Assembly (NCBI RefSeq): GCF_009914755.1
Contig: NC_060928.1
Source of the DNA: the human T2T-CHM13v2.0 reference genome, Homo sapiens
Reading direction: 5' to 3' (one strand)
DNA length: 64,000 nucleotides
Below, piece after piece: positions 17,548 through 29,370 of this stretch. The stretch's first letter is position 1, and each line of letters opens with the position of its first letter. The notes under the pieces were generated by a model, which saw only the letters and a program-made list of their open reading frames with translations, was not told where the DNA came from and searched no databases. A program made the position numbers and the translations under genes.

Positions 17548-18195
17548 GTTACAATTATCTATTTCTATGTAATCAATCACCCCAAAACATGGTGATGTAA
17601 AAAGGCCACCATTTTATTACGCTCACAATTCTGTGGATCAGGAATTCAGGCAGGGCAAAGTGGGATGGCTCACCTTTGCTACAAAGTTGGAAGTTTCAGC
17701 TGGGGTGGCTTGGATGGCCAGATATGTCTGGGACAGCTCAACTGGGGCCATCAGTCTGGGGCCTCAGCTCTTCCATAGTTGGTGTCTTCTGTGGCTGGAA
17801 CGTCTCCTTCACTCATGTGTCTGGCTCCTGGGTTGGGATGGCAAGAGCAGCTGGGGATTGGCCATCAGCACTCTGTCTGCACACCTTCTCCATGTGACTA
17901 GCTTGAGCTTCTTCACAATATGATGAATACAGGGTAGTAGCACTTGTTACATGGTGGCTGGCTTCCATGAGGCAGGACTGGGAACGATGAGACCTTAGGT
18001 CTACAGACAGAACTCATGCAGTATCCCTTCAGTTCTATTCTATTGGCTAAAGAAATCACGGTGCCTGCCCAGAGTGAAGCGAGTGGAGAGACGGTTTCTA
18101 CTTCTTGACGGAAGTGTGGCAATATCATATCATAGATATGCATGTGAACAGGAGGTATTGTGGCAGAGATCTGTAGAAAACAGTAGCTGCCACAA
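17548..18195 (-). mobile_element. Old MLT1 LTR
   Basis: aatcaccccaaaac...ctcacaattctgtggatcaggaattcaggcagggc...ttctattggctaaag. Confidence 0.65.
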
Positions 18196-18634
18196 ACAGA
18201 AATTCCAAACTGGAGGCACTTAGGCAGGAATGCACCTCCCTGACTGATGATTGTCTGGGCTTCTGTTATAGCACAGTGGACAATCAGCAATTGATAAACT
18301 TGGCCAAGAGCAAGTTTACAAGTCCGTCTTTCCCCAGCAAGAATGGCAGGCAGTTGACTGCAGGCAGTGGGGAGAAGTGCTGACAAAGAATTTCATTCAC
18401 CATGCTCTTTAATCCTGCCCCAAATCCCACTCATCTTGAACTTCAGGATTGAGACAACCGAGGCAAAAGTTTTCCCCAGAGAGTTTGAGATGGCTTTGAG
18501 GATTTCTTATGTGATTAGATATTCAAGCAGTTCTTCATAGTTTTTCCTGAATGTTTTCAAGTAAATTGGTGCATGCATTTCTTGGGACTAAAGTAACACT
18601 GGTTTATCATGTTGGTTCTTACATTCCTGTGGAA

Positions 18635-18809
18635 GCTGCAGTGGATGGTGACGAAGCATGGGTCTGAATTCATAGATCTAGTTTAAATCTTGGCTTTATT
18701 CATTGTGCGACCTTGGGCAAATTACTTAACATCTGAGAACCTCAGTTCCTTCTTGGAAACTTAGAATAATAATTGTTCCTTCTTACTAATTTTATAAGAA
18801 TGAGGCATT
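18635..18809 (+). mobile_element. MIR SINE
   Basis: tgtgcgaccttgggcaaattacttaacatctgagaacctcagttcct. Confidence 0.7.
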
Positions 18810-18973
18810 ATATATATTTGTATACCCATATATATATAACATGTCTCATTGTTTTTATTTATATATTTTATACATAATATGTAAATATATAAAAATACGT
18901 AAATATATATATTTATATATATAAAATGCCTCATTCTTACAAAATCAGTAAGAAGGAACAATTATTATTCTAA
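18761..18973. repeat. 49-bp inverted repeat flanking a 115-bp AT-rich spacer
   Basis: Arm 18761-18809 matches the reverse complement of 18925-18973 at 47/49 positions (compared by eye). Confidence 0.92.
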
Positions 18974-19490
18974 TGTTTCATATATCTATGGGATCACTGT
19001 AGTCTTGGCAAGTTGGGCTACTTCTCATCCTTTGGGCTGGAGTACATGTCCACCTTTTCTGTGAGGGCTTCCCTCAACATCCTATCTAAGGTAGGTCCTC
19101 CCTGTTTCTGTCTGTCCCTTCACCTGTTTGACATGCTATAACTACACTCAAGGTCATTCCTTTATGTGGTGATTGCTCCCCTTAAACCCATTATGTTTTC
19201 TTGACTGGTTTTTATCTTGTTTTTCTAAATTTGAAGGAATGCTCATTCATCACAGAGCCTGTCCTAGCTCCTGGCTACTGCTGCAGCGGGAGATAGGGGC
19301 AAAGAGAGAAGAGACTGGGGATGGTATAGGTGGGGCAGGGAGGGGAAAGAGAGGGAAAGGCTGAGAAAGAAACAGAAGTTATATTCAGAGGCACATTTTG
19401 GTGAACTGACATGGAGGAAACAATTGAGTCCATGAATGGAAGATACTGTGAGACAACTGGGAGTTGAGGATTATTGAAAATGAAAATTTG

Positions 19491-19778
19491 GGCCAGGTGT
19501 GGTGGCTCATGCCTGTAATCCCTGCACTTTGGGAGGCCGAGGCAGGGGGTCGCAAGGTCAGGAGATCATCACCAGCCTGGTCAATATGGTGAAATCCCGC
19601 CTCTATTAAAAATACAAAAATTAGCTGTGCGTGGTGGTGCTTGCCTGTAATCCCAGCTACTCAGGAGGCTGAGGCATAAGAATCACTTGAACTCAGGAGG
19701 GGGAGGTTGCAGTGAGTCAAGATCATGCCACTGCACTCCAGCCTGGGTGACAGAGTGAGACTCCATCTCAAAAAAAAG
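19491..19778 (+). mobile_element. AluS
   Basis: Alu dimer; flanking aatgaaaatt duplication. Confidence 0.9.
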
Positions 19779-20204
19779 AGAATGAAAATTCACTGTGTCA
19801 CTTATCTGAAAAATATGATTGCCATTAAGACTATCTTCTGAAAAAAAAAAAACACAATAATATGACCACACATGAAAAGTTCTTAGCACATTGCTTGCCG
19901 TATAGTAAGTAATCATTAATTGGTAATGATGATGTTAATGAGGTTGATAGTAATGCAAATGATGACAGCAGTAAGAACCAATAAAGAATCTTCTTTTCTT
20001 AGTCCCATTGAGTTCTGATGGTAGAGCCTCTAAGATAGCCCCTCCTGTTGGGAAGATCAATAGTTTTTGTGATTGCGTGGGTGCCAAGAGCTTGCTATCT
20101 CTATGTGAGGGAGATCATTTCTATTAGAAGTTGCTCTTTTTATTTGTCACTTTATTGTAATTGTCTTAATAATTAAACATTTTCATGGTTCATTATAAAT
20201 GTGC

Positions 20205-21134
20205 CTGGAGCTTCTAAGATGACCCCTAATGATCTCTATGTCCTGGAATTCATACGTTTGTATAAATCCCTCCCCTTGAGTGTGAGCTTGGCTTTAGTGA
20301 CTCACTTCTAGAAAACAGAATGCAGCAGAGGTGATGGCATGTTATTTCTCTCTTGAGTGATCTAAGGGAAGCCATCTGGCACGTTGTGAGCTACCCTGTG
20401 GAAAGGTTCAAGTTGCAAGAAAAACAGTGGGCTTCCATGAAGTGAGGAATAAGAGCCTCAGTCCAGCAACCTTCAAGAAACTGAATCCTGTCAATAATCA
20501 TGTGAATGAGCTTGGAAATGGGTCCATACCCAGTTGAACCTTCAGATGAGACAGCAGCCCTAACTTGACTGCAGCTTCCTGAGATGCCTTGAGCCACAGA
20601 CACTGTATTAGTTGGTTCTTACACTGCTATAAAGAAATATCTGAGACTGGGTGGTTTATAAAGAAAAGAGACTTAATTGGCTCATGGTTCTGTAGGCTGT
20701 ACAGGATCATGGTGTCATCAGCTTTAGAGGAGGCCTCAGGGAACTTACAATTATGGCAGAAAGCAAAGTGGGAACAGGCATCTTACATGGCAAGAGCAGG
20801 ACCAAGAAAGAGATAGGGGAAGCACTACACACTTTTAAATAACCAGATCCTGTGAGAACTCACTCACAAGAACAGTGCCCAAGGATGGTGCTAAACCATT
20901 CACGAGGGACCCACCCCCATGATGCAATCACCTCTCTCCAGGCCCCACCTCCAACACTGGGGAATACAATTGAACATGAGATTTTGGTGGGGACACAGAT
21001 CCAAACCATTCAGGCACTCAGTGGGGTTATGCCTGGATTACTGACCTGCAGAAACTGTGAGATTAAAAATGTTTGTTGTTTGAAGCTGCTAAGTTTTGGA
21101 ATAATTTGTTATGCTGCAATAGATGACTAATACA
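20205..21134 (+). mobile_element. MLT1 LTR split by an MST LTR
   Basis: cttctaagatgacccctaatgatc...gaaactgtgagattaaaaatgtttgttgtttgaagctgctaagttttgg...actaataca. Confidence 0.75.
20604..21011 (-). mobile_element. MSTA/B-like MaLR solo LTR
   Basis: tgtattagtt...gctataaagaaatatctgagactgg...ggggacacagatccaaaccattca; flanks gacac / ggcac. Confidence 0.85.
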
Positions 21135-22259
21135 AATGTCAAGTATCATTTATGCAAGAGGCACTGTTGAAGGACCTTAATGGGATATTCTATCTACCAG
21201 TAATTGGTTAGGTAAGTGGGACAGATGGGACAACATGGGGTTTGAGCTTTGGGATAAACTGCTTAGGTTTAGATTCTAATTCTAAACCTAGGCATTTCAT
21301 TGCTGGGGGATCCTATACAAATTTCCCACATTCTTTGTGCCTTAATTTCCTCATCCACAAATTAATAGAGATGGTATAAGATCTGCCTTAGAGGGCTGTT
21401 GTAAGAATTAAAGACCTTTCCATGCCCCGGGTGCTGAACTAAATTTTACTCTTTATTATCAGGAGGAATTGTTGCCTAAGGAAGACAAAGACCTCTGTAT
21501 CAAGATGCGGAAAGAGTATACAGATAGGACTTGTCCAGACATCTTAGGGCTGAGCTCCTAAGCCATGAGTTTGGAAAAAGATGCTTTCTTTTTACAGATT
21601 CAGGGATAGGAGAGGGAACATTTGAGTCTTAATTTTGACTAAAACTTGGCTCTAAGGCTGTTGAGCCTAGATAGCTGTAGTGGAAGATGGAAAACCTATT
21701 TTTTTTTTTCCAAAGGGTTGAGTAATCTTTCAAGAAGTAGCTATTTGAAAACACTGTTCCTTTGAGTATTCTAGAAAATATTCTTTGTTCTGAGGAAATA
21801 AAATAGGCCATTTAGTTACACAAATAGAACGCAGAGCCGATTGGACAGATGTTTGCGATGCCGTTCAAGAGGGAAACATGCTTTGCTGAGAATGTCAAAG
21901 GTTGTCTATATTGAAGGCAGTTTTGCATTTAATTTCCTAGGGAAAAAGATGTATAACTATTTCAGATGGTTGCTTGTTCCTGCAGTATTTTGTATGTTTT
22001 TGCTCAGGAGTTGCTCACAGAAAATGAAGGAGCTATTTTTGGTGATTTTCCGGGCACAGAGTTACCTTAGGGTAACTGTGAGAACTAAGGTCCTTCATCT
22101 ATCTGATAAGTAGACTGAACACACATTGTCCCACCCTGCATCCAACCTATTTGTACGAAGCTACACTGCCTCATGTTTCCTATACAGATGATTGAAGACA
22201 TATCGTAAAGAGAAGAACTATAGTATCTTGCGGATGCTGCTCATGAATAGATGGACTAA

Positions 22260-22970
22260 TCAAAACCCAATGTCACCTCAGTAGCAATGAGCACACCTAG
22301 TAGCCACATGTTGGTTTCTAAATACCATTCACTAAAAAGAATCAGAGTTCCTTGGAAAAATGGCTGATTGTAGGGGTGGAGCAAAATGATTCTGGAACAT
22401 CTTGACATGCCAAAAAGTAACGAAGTGCTCAGAGAATGATGAGACCAATTCTAAAGGACGTAAGAGCCAGCTTTTAGAAGCTCCCACTGGCCAAATTTGG
22501 GGTAATATGAACATCAAAATAATGATAATACTTAAGAATTATAACCTATTGAATAAAGCAAGAAGGCATAGCCCACGCTGTTATTTAATAATAAAGGAAA
22601 GCTCATTTTTACAGTAGAATGACAACGAATACACGTAGAAGGCATGATGAAACTGGAATACCAGAATTTAGCAACCATTATAATATCAAGACAAACAAGA
22701 ATCAAAGACCACTATAATGAGCAAACAATGGAGAAGTAACAGGATGGTATTTATATAATCTCAAAATACTTCTCAGAAAGATATTTATTAATTAAAAGAG
22801 TAAAATAATAATTTATAGTAGGGAGATTGTTCCATCATTTAGAAAAAGAATTTGTGCATGTGTAGAGACAGAGTAAAATGTTAATTAAGGAACCCAGGTG
22901 AAGATATGTGGGTATTCTTTGTACAATTCTTGCACTTTGTCTGAAGTTATGTCAAAATAAAACAAAAAAA
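22260..22970 (+). mobile_element. L1MC-type 3' UTR fragment
   Basis: gtagcaatgagcacacctag, tggtttctaaataccattc, gagttccttggaaaaatggctga. Confidence 0.6.
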
Positions 22971-23500
22971 GAGACAAATGCAAACTAAAAAAATCACAAG
23001 TGTAAAATTGTCCCTTCTTCCATTTTTCCAACCACCATCACTTCCTTTCTTCCTGAGGCCCAGACACTAAGCAAGGAGGGTGAGGAATGCGGCATTTCAA
23101 CGGGGCCAAATTGAGGAGGCTTAATACGAAAGCGCCAAAAGCCAGGCAAGAAAATCACAGGTCTCCCCACACGGTGGGTGCCTGGGAAATTCTGAGGTCA
23201 GGATGCCCTGCTCCAGCGGCCTTCCTATGTTAAACCCAGCTCTTGGCTTTTTGAGGTCTGAAAAGCACCTAGGGTCTGTAACACCCTCATGCTGACTGAA
23301 AACTTTATCATCTGAGGTGACTTCCTATCCATTTATTTGCTTGATTCCTTCACCAGTCCAGTGACAGGGACTTAGCAGGACTTAACAACTCCCATTTTGC
23401 AGATGGAGAAACTGAGTTTCTGTTTATTATAACAGTGTGGGCTATGCCTTCTTGCTTTATTCAATAGGGCATCCTGCAGTAAGACTAAAACTCAGGTCTT

Positions 23501-23832
23501 GGCCGGGCACGGTGGCTCACGCCTGTAATCCCAGCACTTTAGGAGGCCGAGGTGGGTGGATCACCTGAGGTCAGGAGTTCGAGACCAGCCTGGACAATGT
23601 GGTGAAACCCCGTCTCTACTAAAAATACAAAAATTAGCTGGGTGTGGTGGCGCCCGCCTGTAATCCCAGCTACTGGGGAGGCTGAGGCAGGAGAAACCTG
23701 GGAGGCGGAGGTTGCAGTGAGCCAAGATCGCGCCATTGCACTCTAGCCTGGGCGACAGTGAGACCTCGTCTCAAACACAAAACAAAACAAAACAAAACAA
23801 AACAAAACAAACCAAAACAAAACAAAACAAAC
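23501..23832 (+). mobile_element. AluS with long (CAAAA)n tail
   Basis: TSD ctcaggtctt at 23491-23500 and 23835-23844. Confidence 0.92.
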
Positions 23833-23944
23833 ACCTCAGGTCTTTAGACCCGGGTTTAGTGACTTTTTCATGATAATAAAATCACAGGACGCCAGCGGAA
23901 AACAGTTCAGTTATTTCTATTCCCCAAAACTAGGCTGGACATTC

Positions 23945-24140
23945 TGTGTTTTTCACGGTGTGGTCCGAGACCACCAGCAGCAGCAGTAGCAGCAGCATCT
24001 GGGAATTTCTTAGAAATTTAAAAAACCGGGTTCCTCTAGACCTACTGAATCAGAAACTCTGGGAATGGGGCCCAGATACCTGCGTTTTAATACGTGTTCA
24101 GGTGACGGTGATGCACGTTGAAATTTAAATACCGCTCTGG
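23945..24140 (+). mobile_element. MER5A (hAT-Charlie MITE)
   Basis: gtgtggtcc...agcagcatctgggaa...agacctactgaatcagaaactctggg...caggtga..tgatgcac. Confidence 0.75.
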
Positions 24141-24841
24141 GTAAATGTAGCATAACTCTTAATGCTTCTTATGACAATCATCTCTTTTCACATATGACTA
24201 CTAGCCTCTCTCGATTAAAATATAAGTCATACAGAATTTGGCACAGAAACAAACGTAAGGAATTTTCTTAAAAGCATCATCGTTACCTTTCCTGGTAAAT
24301 TTCTGTAACCTCTTCATAAACCGAGGGTTAATGGTTGATTGGGTTTCCTCTAGGGTAGGCCAAAGTATATGCTGAAGACAAGAGAGTAGAATTCCTCAAG
24401 AGTTTGGGAGGAGGGACTGATGACAATTTTTGGTGGTTGACTAAGTTTTTTAAAAAGCCACTTCTAAGGGTACATTCATTAACCAGTCAGCGAATCCACT
24501 TGTTCCAGCGAGAGGTGGGAGGTGGGGGCAGGGGTGGAGCGTGGGGAGGAGCGACACTCGCCGCTCCGGAATCCGTGCCTTCCAAGTGTCGCCGTTGCGT
24601 CCCCCGCAACCCCCGCTTTCTGATCTCCCTCGAGGCCCAACACCCAAAGGCTCACCCCTAGGCCATCCGCGCTCCCCGACCACCTCCCTCATCGGACTCC
24701 TTGGGATTCCTCAGGCCGCGTCCAGCCGAGGGGGTTCCCGGGCGCGGTGCGCACTGCCCGCCCCCTCACTGCCTCCTCCCGCGTCTCCGCCCCCGCGGGG
24801 CCGCTGGGCGCCCGGGGAGGCGAGGGTGCCGAGGCCGGAAA

Positions 24842-24880
24842 ATGAGCGCTGCCCGAAGGGTGGCCCGGAGCTGCAGGTAA
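24842..24880 (+). other. Candidate upstream ORF (MSAARRVARSCR*)
   Basis: gaaaATGa (A at -3) to TAA at 24878-24880; overlaps a donor-like CAG|GTAACG; relevant only if the TSS lies upstream. Confidence 0.35.
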
Positions 24881-25120
24881 CGCGGTCCAGAGCTCAGGCC
24901 GGAGCGGGCCCCGCACACCGTCCCTTCCCCGCAGCGACCCGCGGGCTGCGCCCAGGGACTGCGCCGGGCGCCCGGGCTGCAGGGACGCGGGCGCGGGGGA
25001 GGCGCGGCCAGCCCTGCCCTGGGGGACGGTCGCGCTCCCCGCTGGTCTTGCAGCCACGTCCCGGCGGCTGTTCCTGGGAGCGGCGGGAGGCGGCCTCGGT
25101 GAGCCAGGTCGGCGCGGCAG

Positions 25121-25484
25121 ATGCCTGGGAAGATGGAGAAGTTTCTGCAGATCGCGCCTCACTCCCTGGCCATCGTCCTGGGCCCGGCAGAGGCGCCGGC
25201 GGGGGAAAGGCCAGGGGCAGCCCGGCCCGCGCCCCCGGCCCAGCCCCGCCAGCTCGCCCGGCACCACATCGGCTACGAGATCTTCGCCGACTTCAAAGCC
25301 GAGAACATGCAGCACTTCTGGAACAAGAAGGTCACGGCCGCGGTGGCCGAGACCTTCTTCCTGGGCTGGATCGACGAGCAGGTCCTGCTGATCCAGGGCA
25401 AGGAGGAACATCTGGAGGCGCTGCGCGAAGGCTGGACGCGCCGGGCCCTGCGGCCGCCCTCGGGCTTCCACATCCGCTGCCTGG
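25121..25484 (+). CDS. STOX2: First coding exon (121 codons + 1 nt) of a storkhead-box protein, distal alternative exon 1 of STOX2
   Basis: LQIAPHSLAIVL...IFADFKAENMQHFWNKKV...FLGW...VLLI...LREGWTRRALRPPSGFHIRCLG parallels recalled STOX1 VQLAPGSLALVL...VFRAFRRANARCFWNARL...FQGW...VLLV...[22 protein letters not shown] but is a different sequence; strong GC3 bias; phase-1 donor G|GTGAGT at 25485. Confidence 0.85.
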
Positions 25485-28400
25485 GTGAGTGCGACCGCCG
25501 CGCGCCCGTCCCGTCCCTTCCCACCGGGTCGCGTCCGTGCCGTGCGGTCGCGGGTGCCCCGCCCTGCCCCAGCCCGCCGCGGGCACCGCCGAGGCTCCCC
25601 TGGGTGCCCGCGTCCCTGCCGGGGGAGGAGCCGGGGGCCCTCTGCGAGCGTGGGATTGGGGAACTTCCTGGCACCGAAAGGAGGGAGCCGTCCCATTCCC
25701 GGTGCGCCGCCCCCGCCTGCCCGCGGGAGCCTCCCCGGTGGCGGGCGGTGCCTGAGGCCGGCCAGGTGGGCGCCGCGGCTCGGCGGGCGGCTCGGAGGGC
25801 GCGGCGCTCGGGGCGCGTGAGTGTCCCCCTCCCGGCACTGCTCCGCGGCTGGAGTGCGCGGGCCGGGCGGAGGTGGGCGGGGAGGATTCCGGGGCTCGGG
25901 TCGCGCGGGGCTCCCAGCTGGAGCGGCGGCTCAGGTGCGCCCGGGACGCCCTTCCCTGGGCGGCGACTGCGGGGGACGCGCCGGGAAGCTAGGGTTGAGG
26001 CTGAGTGTTGCGCGCACGCATTTCTCAACGAGGCAAGGCTGCAGAGTTCGTCTTAAATGTCTCACCTGCAGCACATCTCTCAAGTCGTTTTGTGTGTCTG
26101 AGGGAAGGAAGAGACACAAAGAGGCCGGAGGAAAAAAAATCTGATCCTCAACAAAAGAGAGCAAAACGTAAAGAGGGGCAGAGTCGCCCAGAGGTGAAGG
26201 TCGCCGCCGCGTTTCCAGTGCTGCTTTGACTTGCTGGTTTTTATTGCACTACTTCATTTCCCCTCCTCAATGCAGTTTGCATCGCCTGTAGAATATACTT
26301 TTGAGTTTTGTACTTTGGGTTTTATACTTTGAGTTTTTGTACTATTACATAGTAAATAGTAAAGCTTTAGGAAACAATTTCAAGGAAGAAAGCATTCTTT
26401 CTAGTCCCGCGGTTTAGAAATTCTTTCTTGACATTTTGGGAGGTCAAAAGTTCAAACGCTAAAAAACTGTAAAGCCGCCTTTTCTCGTTACCCGCTGTTG
26501 CTATGCCGCCTTCCTCTGAAGGATTAGCTGTTACCTGCTGATGTGACGCCATCTATGCGTGTGACGAATTTGTAGCATTTTTATTTTGTTGTGTTTTGTC
26601 TATTTTGGCAGAGAAGAGATCTTTACAAAGCTTTCTTTGACTTGAGTAGACAAAAAGCTAGTAAAGCTTGCATCTTGTGTATTTTGTAACCTGCGCTGAA
26701 TTTCAAAAGGTGCCTTGATTTTCTCAATTCTTTTGACTTTAGCAAAAACCTCAGTCTCTGAAATTAAGCGGCCTCCGTAAAGGGCCAAGGTGAACGCCTC
26801 TGAGACTTAACTTGCTTTTGCCCCGTAGGACTGTGACACATTAGGACGTAAGGATATACGTAGTCATTTATATGCACCGTATAGATTGCTCTACAGGCTT
26901 TTAATAATTTTCTTTGAAATTCGATTTCACACTTTTTAATGTTTTATTTTGCATAATTTCAAATATATACAAAAGTAGTATAACTCAAAAATATTATATT
27001 GAACCCCCACCGTGTACTCAACGTTCCGCTCCAAAAAGTATCAATGGCATGGCCGGTCTTACTGCATTTATACCCCCATCTACCCCCTACCCGTACTTTT
27101 TTTGAAATCTCAGACATTATATCAACTTAATTTCATTTGTAAATATTTCAGTATGCTCATGTATTTTTTTTATTTCAGCAGAATTTATAAGTTCATAGGA
27201 ATTGGTGATCTGTCATATTAACCAAAGAGAAATATTTTGGCAATTTTTAAAGGTTCCAAATTGCTCTAATTGGTTGACTGTTGCCCTGACCTGGGTAGGT
27301 GGCCTGGCCTGAGCTGTCTCTGCTGACTGGCAACTGATGGGGCCTGCCAGCCTCTGTAGTACTGAGCTCCTCACCTTACCTCTGCACCCTCAGAGGAAGC
27401 AGAGGGACTCCCTCTTAAAGCCCAAGCATCAGATAAAAGAGCAGGGGTGATACCTGCTGGGATCCAAGTGCTAACTTTCTTTTGAACTGCCTGAGGGGTG
27501 GGGTGGGTTAAAAATCTCCACTGGAATTCCAATTTTGCTTCAGTAATGACGGTAAAATGCTGAATTGTTTGAAAGATTTTTATCTACTATAAAAATTCTC
27601 AATATCTGCTGCAGGCTTCCTCATTTTTTTTGTTGCCAGATCTTTTATTGGGCTTTGCAATTCCAGTCTGGAAGCTGATGAGGATTGGCTCACAACCTTT
27701 TATTCTGAGTCACAATACACGTGATGACAAGTTCAAATGCTGGCGGGGGGCCGGGGCGGTGATATGGGGGATCCTGGCTGAAACTCTGCTCTGAAAAGCG
27801 TGATGTTATAGGAATAGCCTAGAATCGATCTACTGCTAAACGTACAAAACCAGAAACCAAATGCTATCTTTGATACTTTATTATTAGTAATACATTTCTT
27901 GCAGCATCCCTTTCAATTGACCCCCATCTGTAGTACATATATCGTCAGGTCCTTTTACATTGTTTTGGGATTTTAGCTCATTATTTCATGCATATGAAAC
28001 GGCCATAGAGCCAGACACATAGATGAGCTTTACAGGAGGCGCATTACATTCCCACTTGTTGAACTTGAATTAAGCTCATCAGTTACCAATAGTCCTCTGA
28101 AATAACTGGTAGCCAAAAGTTTGCTTAAGTCTTATCATTCTTGTGGGGGATACAGATTATTTATAAAAATTGGTTGTGTTTCAGATGATCTCTTAGATCC
28201 CACCATAGAGAGTGGTAATAAAAGTGTCCCATTAGATCCTGCCAGTGAAGAAAGGAGAGGAACGGTTTTGCCCTGTCTCTTGACTTGGGTTCGCCTGGGT
28301 GCATGATTTCACACAACCCAGAGCAGAGAGGCTCACAGGCGGGGCGAGACAGGCAAGCCCCGGTGCTTTTGTCTGGCTGTGCTGTGGTACAGTTGAGGCA

Positions 28401-28824
28401 AACCTACACTTTCACAGCAGGATTTGCCAGGAGTTAATATTTTATGCTGTAACTTGAAACACCTGTGTTGAAATCATAAGCATTTTGGTGCCTGTAATTC
28501 CAAAAGTATATGGTTCTAACCAACTGTAAAACTTCAGGTGAGGGTTGGACAACAAGGAGATAATTACTGGATTCAACAAGAAGCAGGGTGTTAAGCCACT
28601 CAAAGGAAAAGTGGTTTTGACTTGGCATCTTCCAATTCACTACTTAGAAATAACCTACTAGAATTTGCAAGTCCATTCTTAGAAATAACCTACTGTGGGC
28701 ATATAGAAAAAAAGTTTGGACTTTTGATTTTCAGAACCCTTCAAAGGGTATACAGGATGCTGGTAATGTTTTAAAATTGTGCTATGTATTTTGAGTAAAT
28801 CACAGTAAATTAAAGCCCATATAT

Positions 28825-29370
28825 GTTTATTGAGTGCTTTCTAGCGCCAGCCTCTGTGTCACTCCTGCAAATAGGAAGACTGATGGGACATGCCATCTTT
28901 TGGGGTATTCTGACATAAGAAATTGAGAGTGTGCTAAATGCTTTGAGGACTCTTTGTTTTGAGTGAACGAGAAGCAGTTACTTCTGTCTTGTGAGCTGGT
29001 AGGGGAGGTTTCCCAGGTATGAGGCTTGAACTTGATCTTGTGCAGATGGAGATGGGGGTGGGGCGGGAGTTCCTGCAGAGCAGGAGAACTTTCCCTGCTG
29101 GGGAAGGAGGTGCCCGGAGCTTGAGTGAAGGCTTGGGGTTGGAGAGTTCCTGATGTGTTTGGAAACTGGCTGGGGTGATAAGACAATGGAAAGGTGGGAG
29201 AGGGCCAGATGTGAAGATCTAGAAGCCACTGGAGGCTTCTAAGCAAGGGTGGGAATGAAGTGATTTGATCTGTGTTACAATGAGAATTCCATGCCAGTGA
29301 GGGTGAAGGGTGGGACTGGGAGGGGATTAGAAAGAAATAGGAGCACTAGCTAGGCCTATTGAAACAGAGG
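28825..29370 (-). mobile_element. L2 fragment
   Basis: tttattgagtgctttcta...gaagccactggagg..tctaagcaagg...tgatttgatctgtg. Confidence 0.55.

Larger units (their letters stand above)
24490..26220 (+). promoter_or_regulatory. CpG island / promoter of the distal STOX2 first exon
   Basis: About 1.7 kb of very GC- and CpG-rich non-repeat DNA with GC boxes (e.g. ctccgcccc near 24786); the only such island in the window. Confidence 0.92.

Noticed and set aside
23971-23998. Short (CAG)n-like run near the promoter
   Set aside because: Only about 8 interrupted units inside MER5A; ordinary slippage
25121-25484. Calling the exon STOX1 itself or a STOX1 pseudogene
   Set aside because: The peptide differs widely from recalled STOX1 while keeping only key residues, and it has an intact frame, a CpG island and a splice donor, which fits a functional paralogue
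24541-26028. Long overlapping ORFs (315 aa +, 335 aa -, 251 aa -)
   Set aside because: Shadow ORFs of extreme GC content, mostly with non-ATG starts and no recognisable domains
25485-26056. Continuation of the 311-aa ORF past codon 121
   Set aside because: Lies beyond a canonical donor; STOX1 similarity stops exactly there and the remainder is low-complexity Pro/Arg/Ala/Gly expected from stop-poor CpG-island DNA
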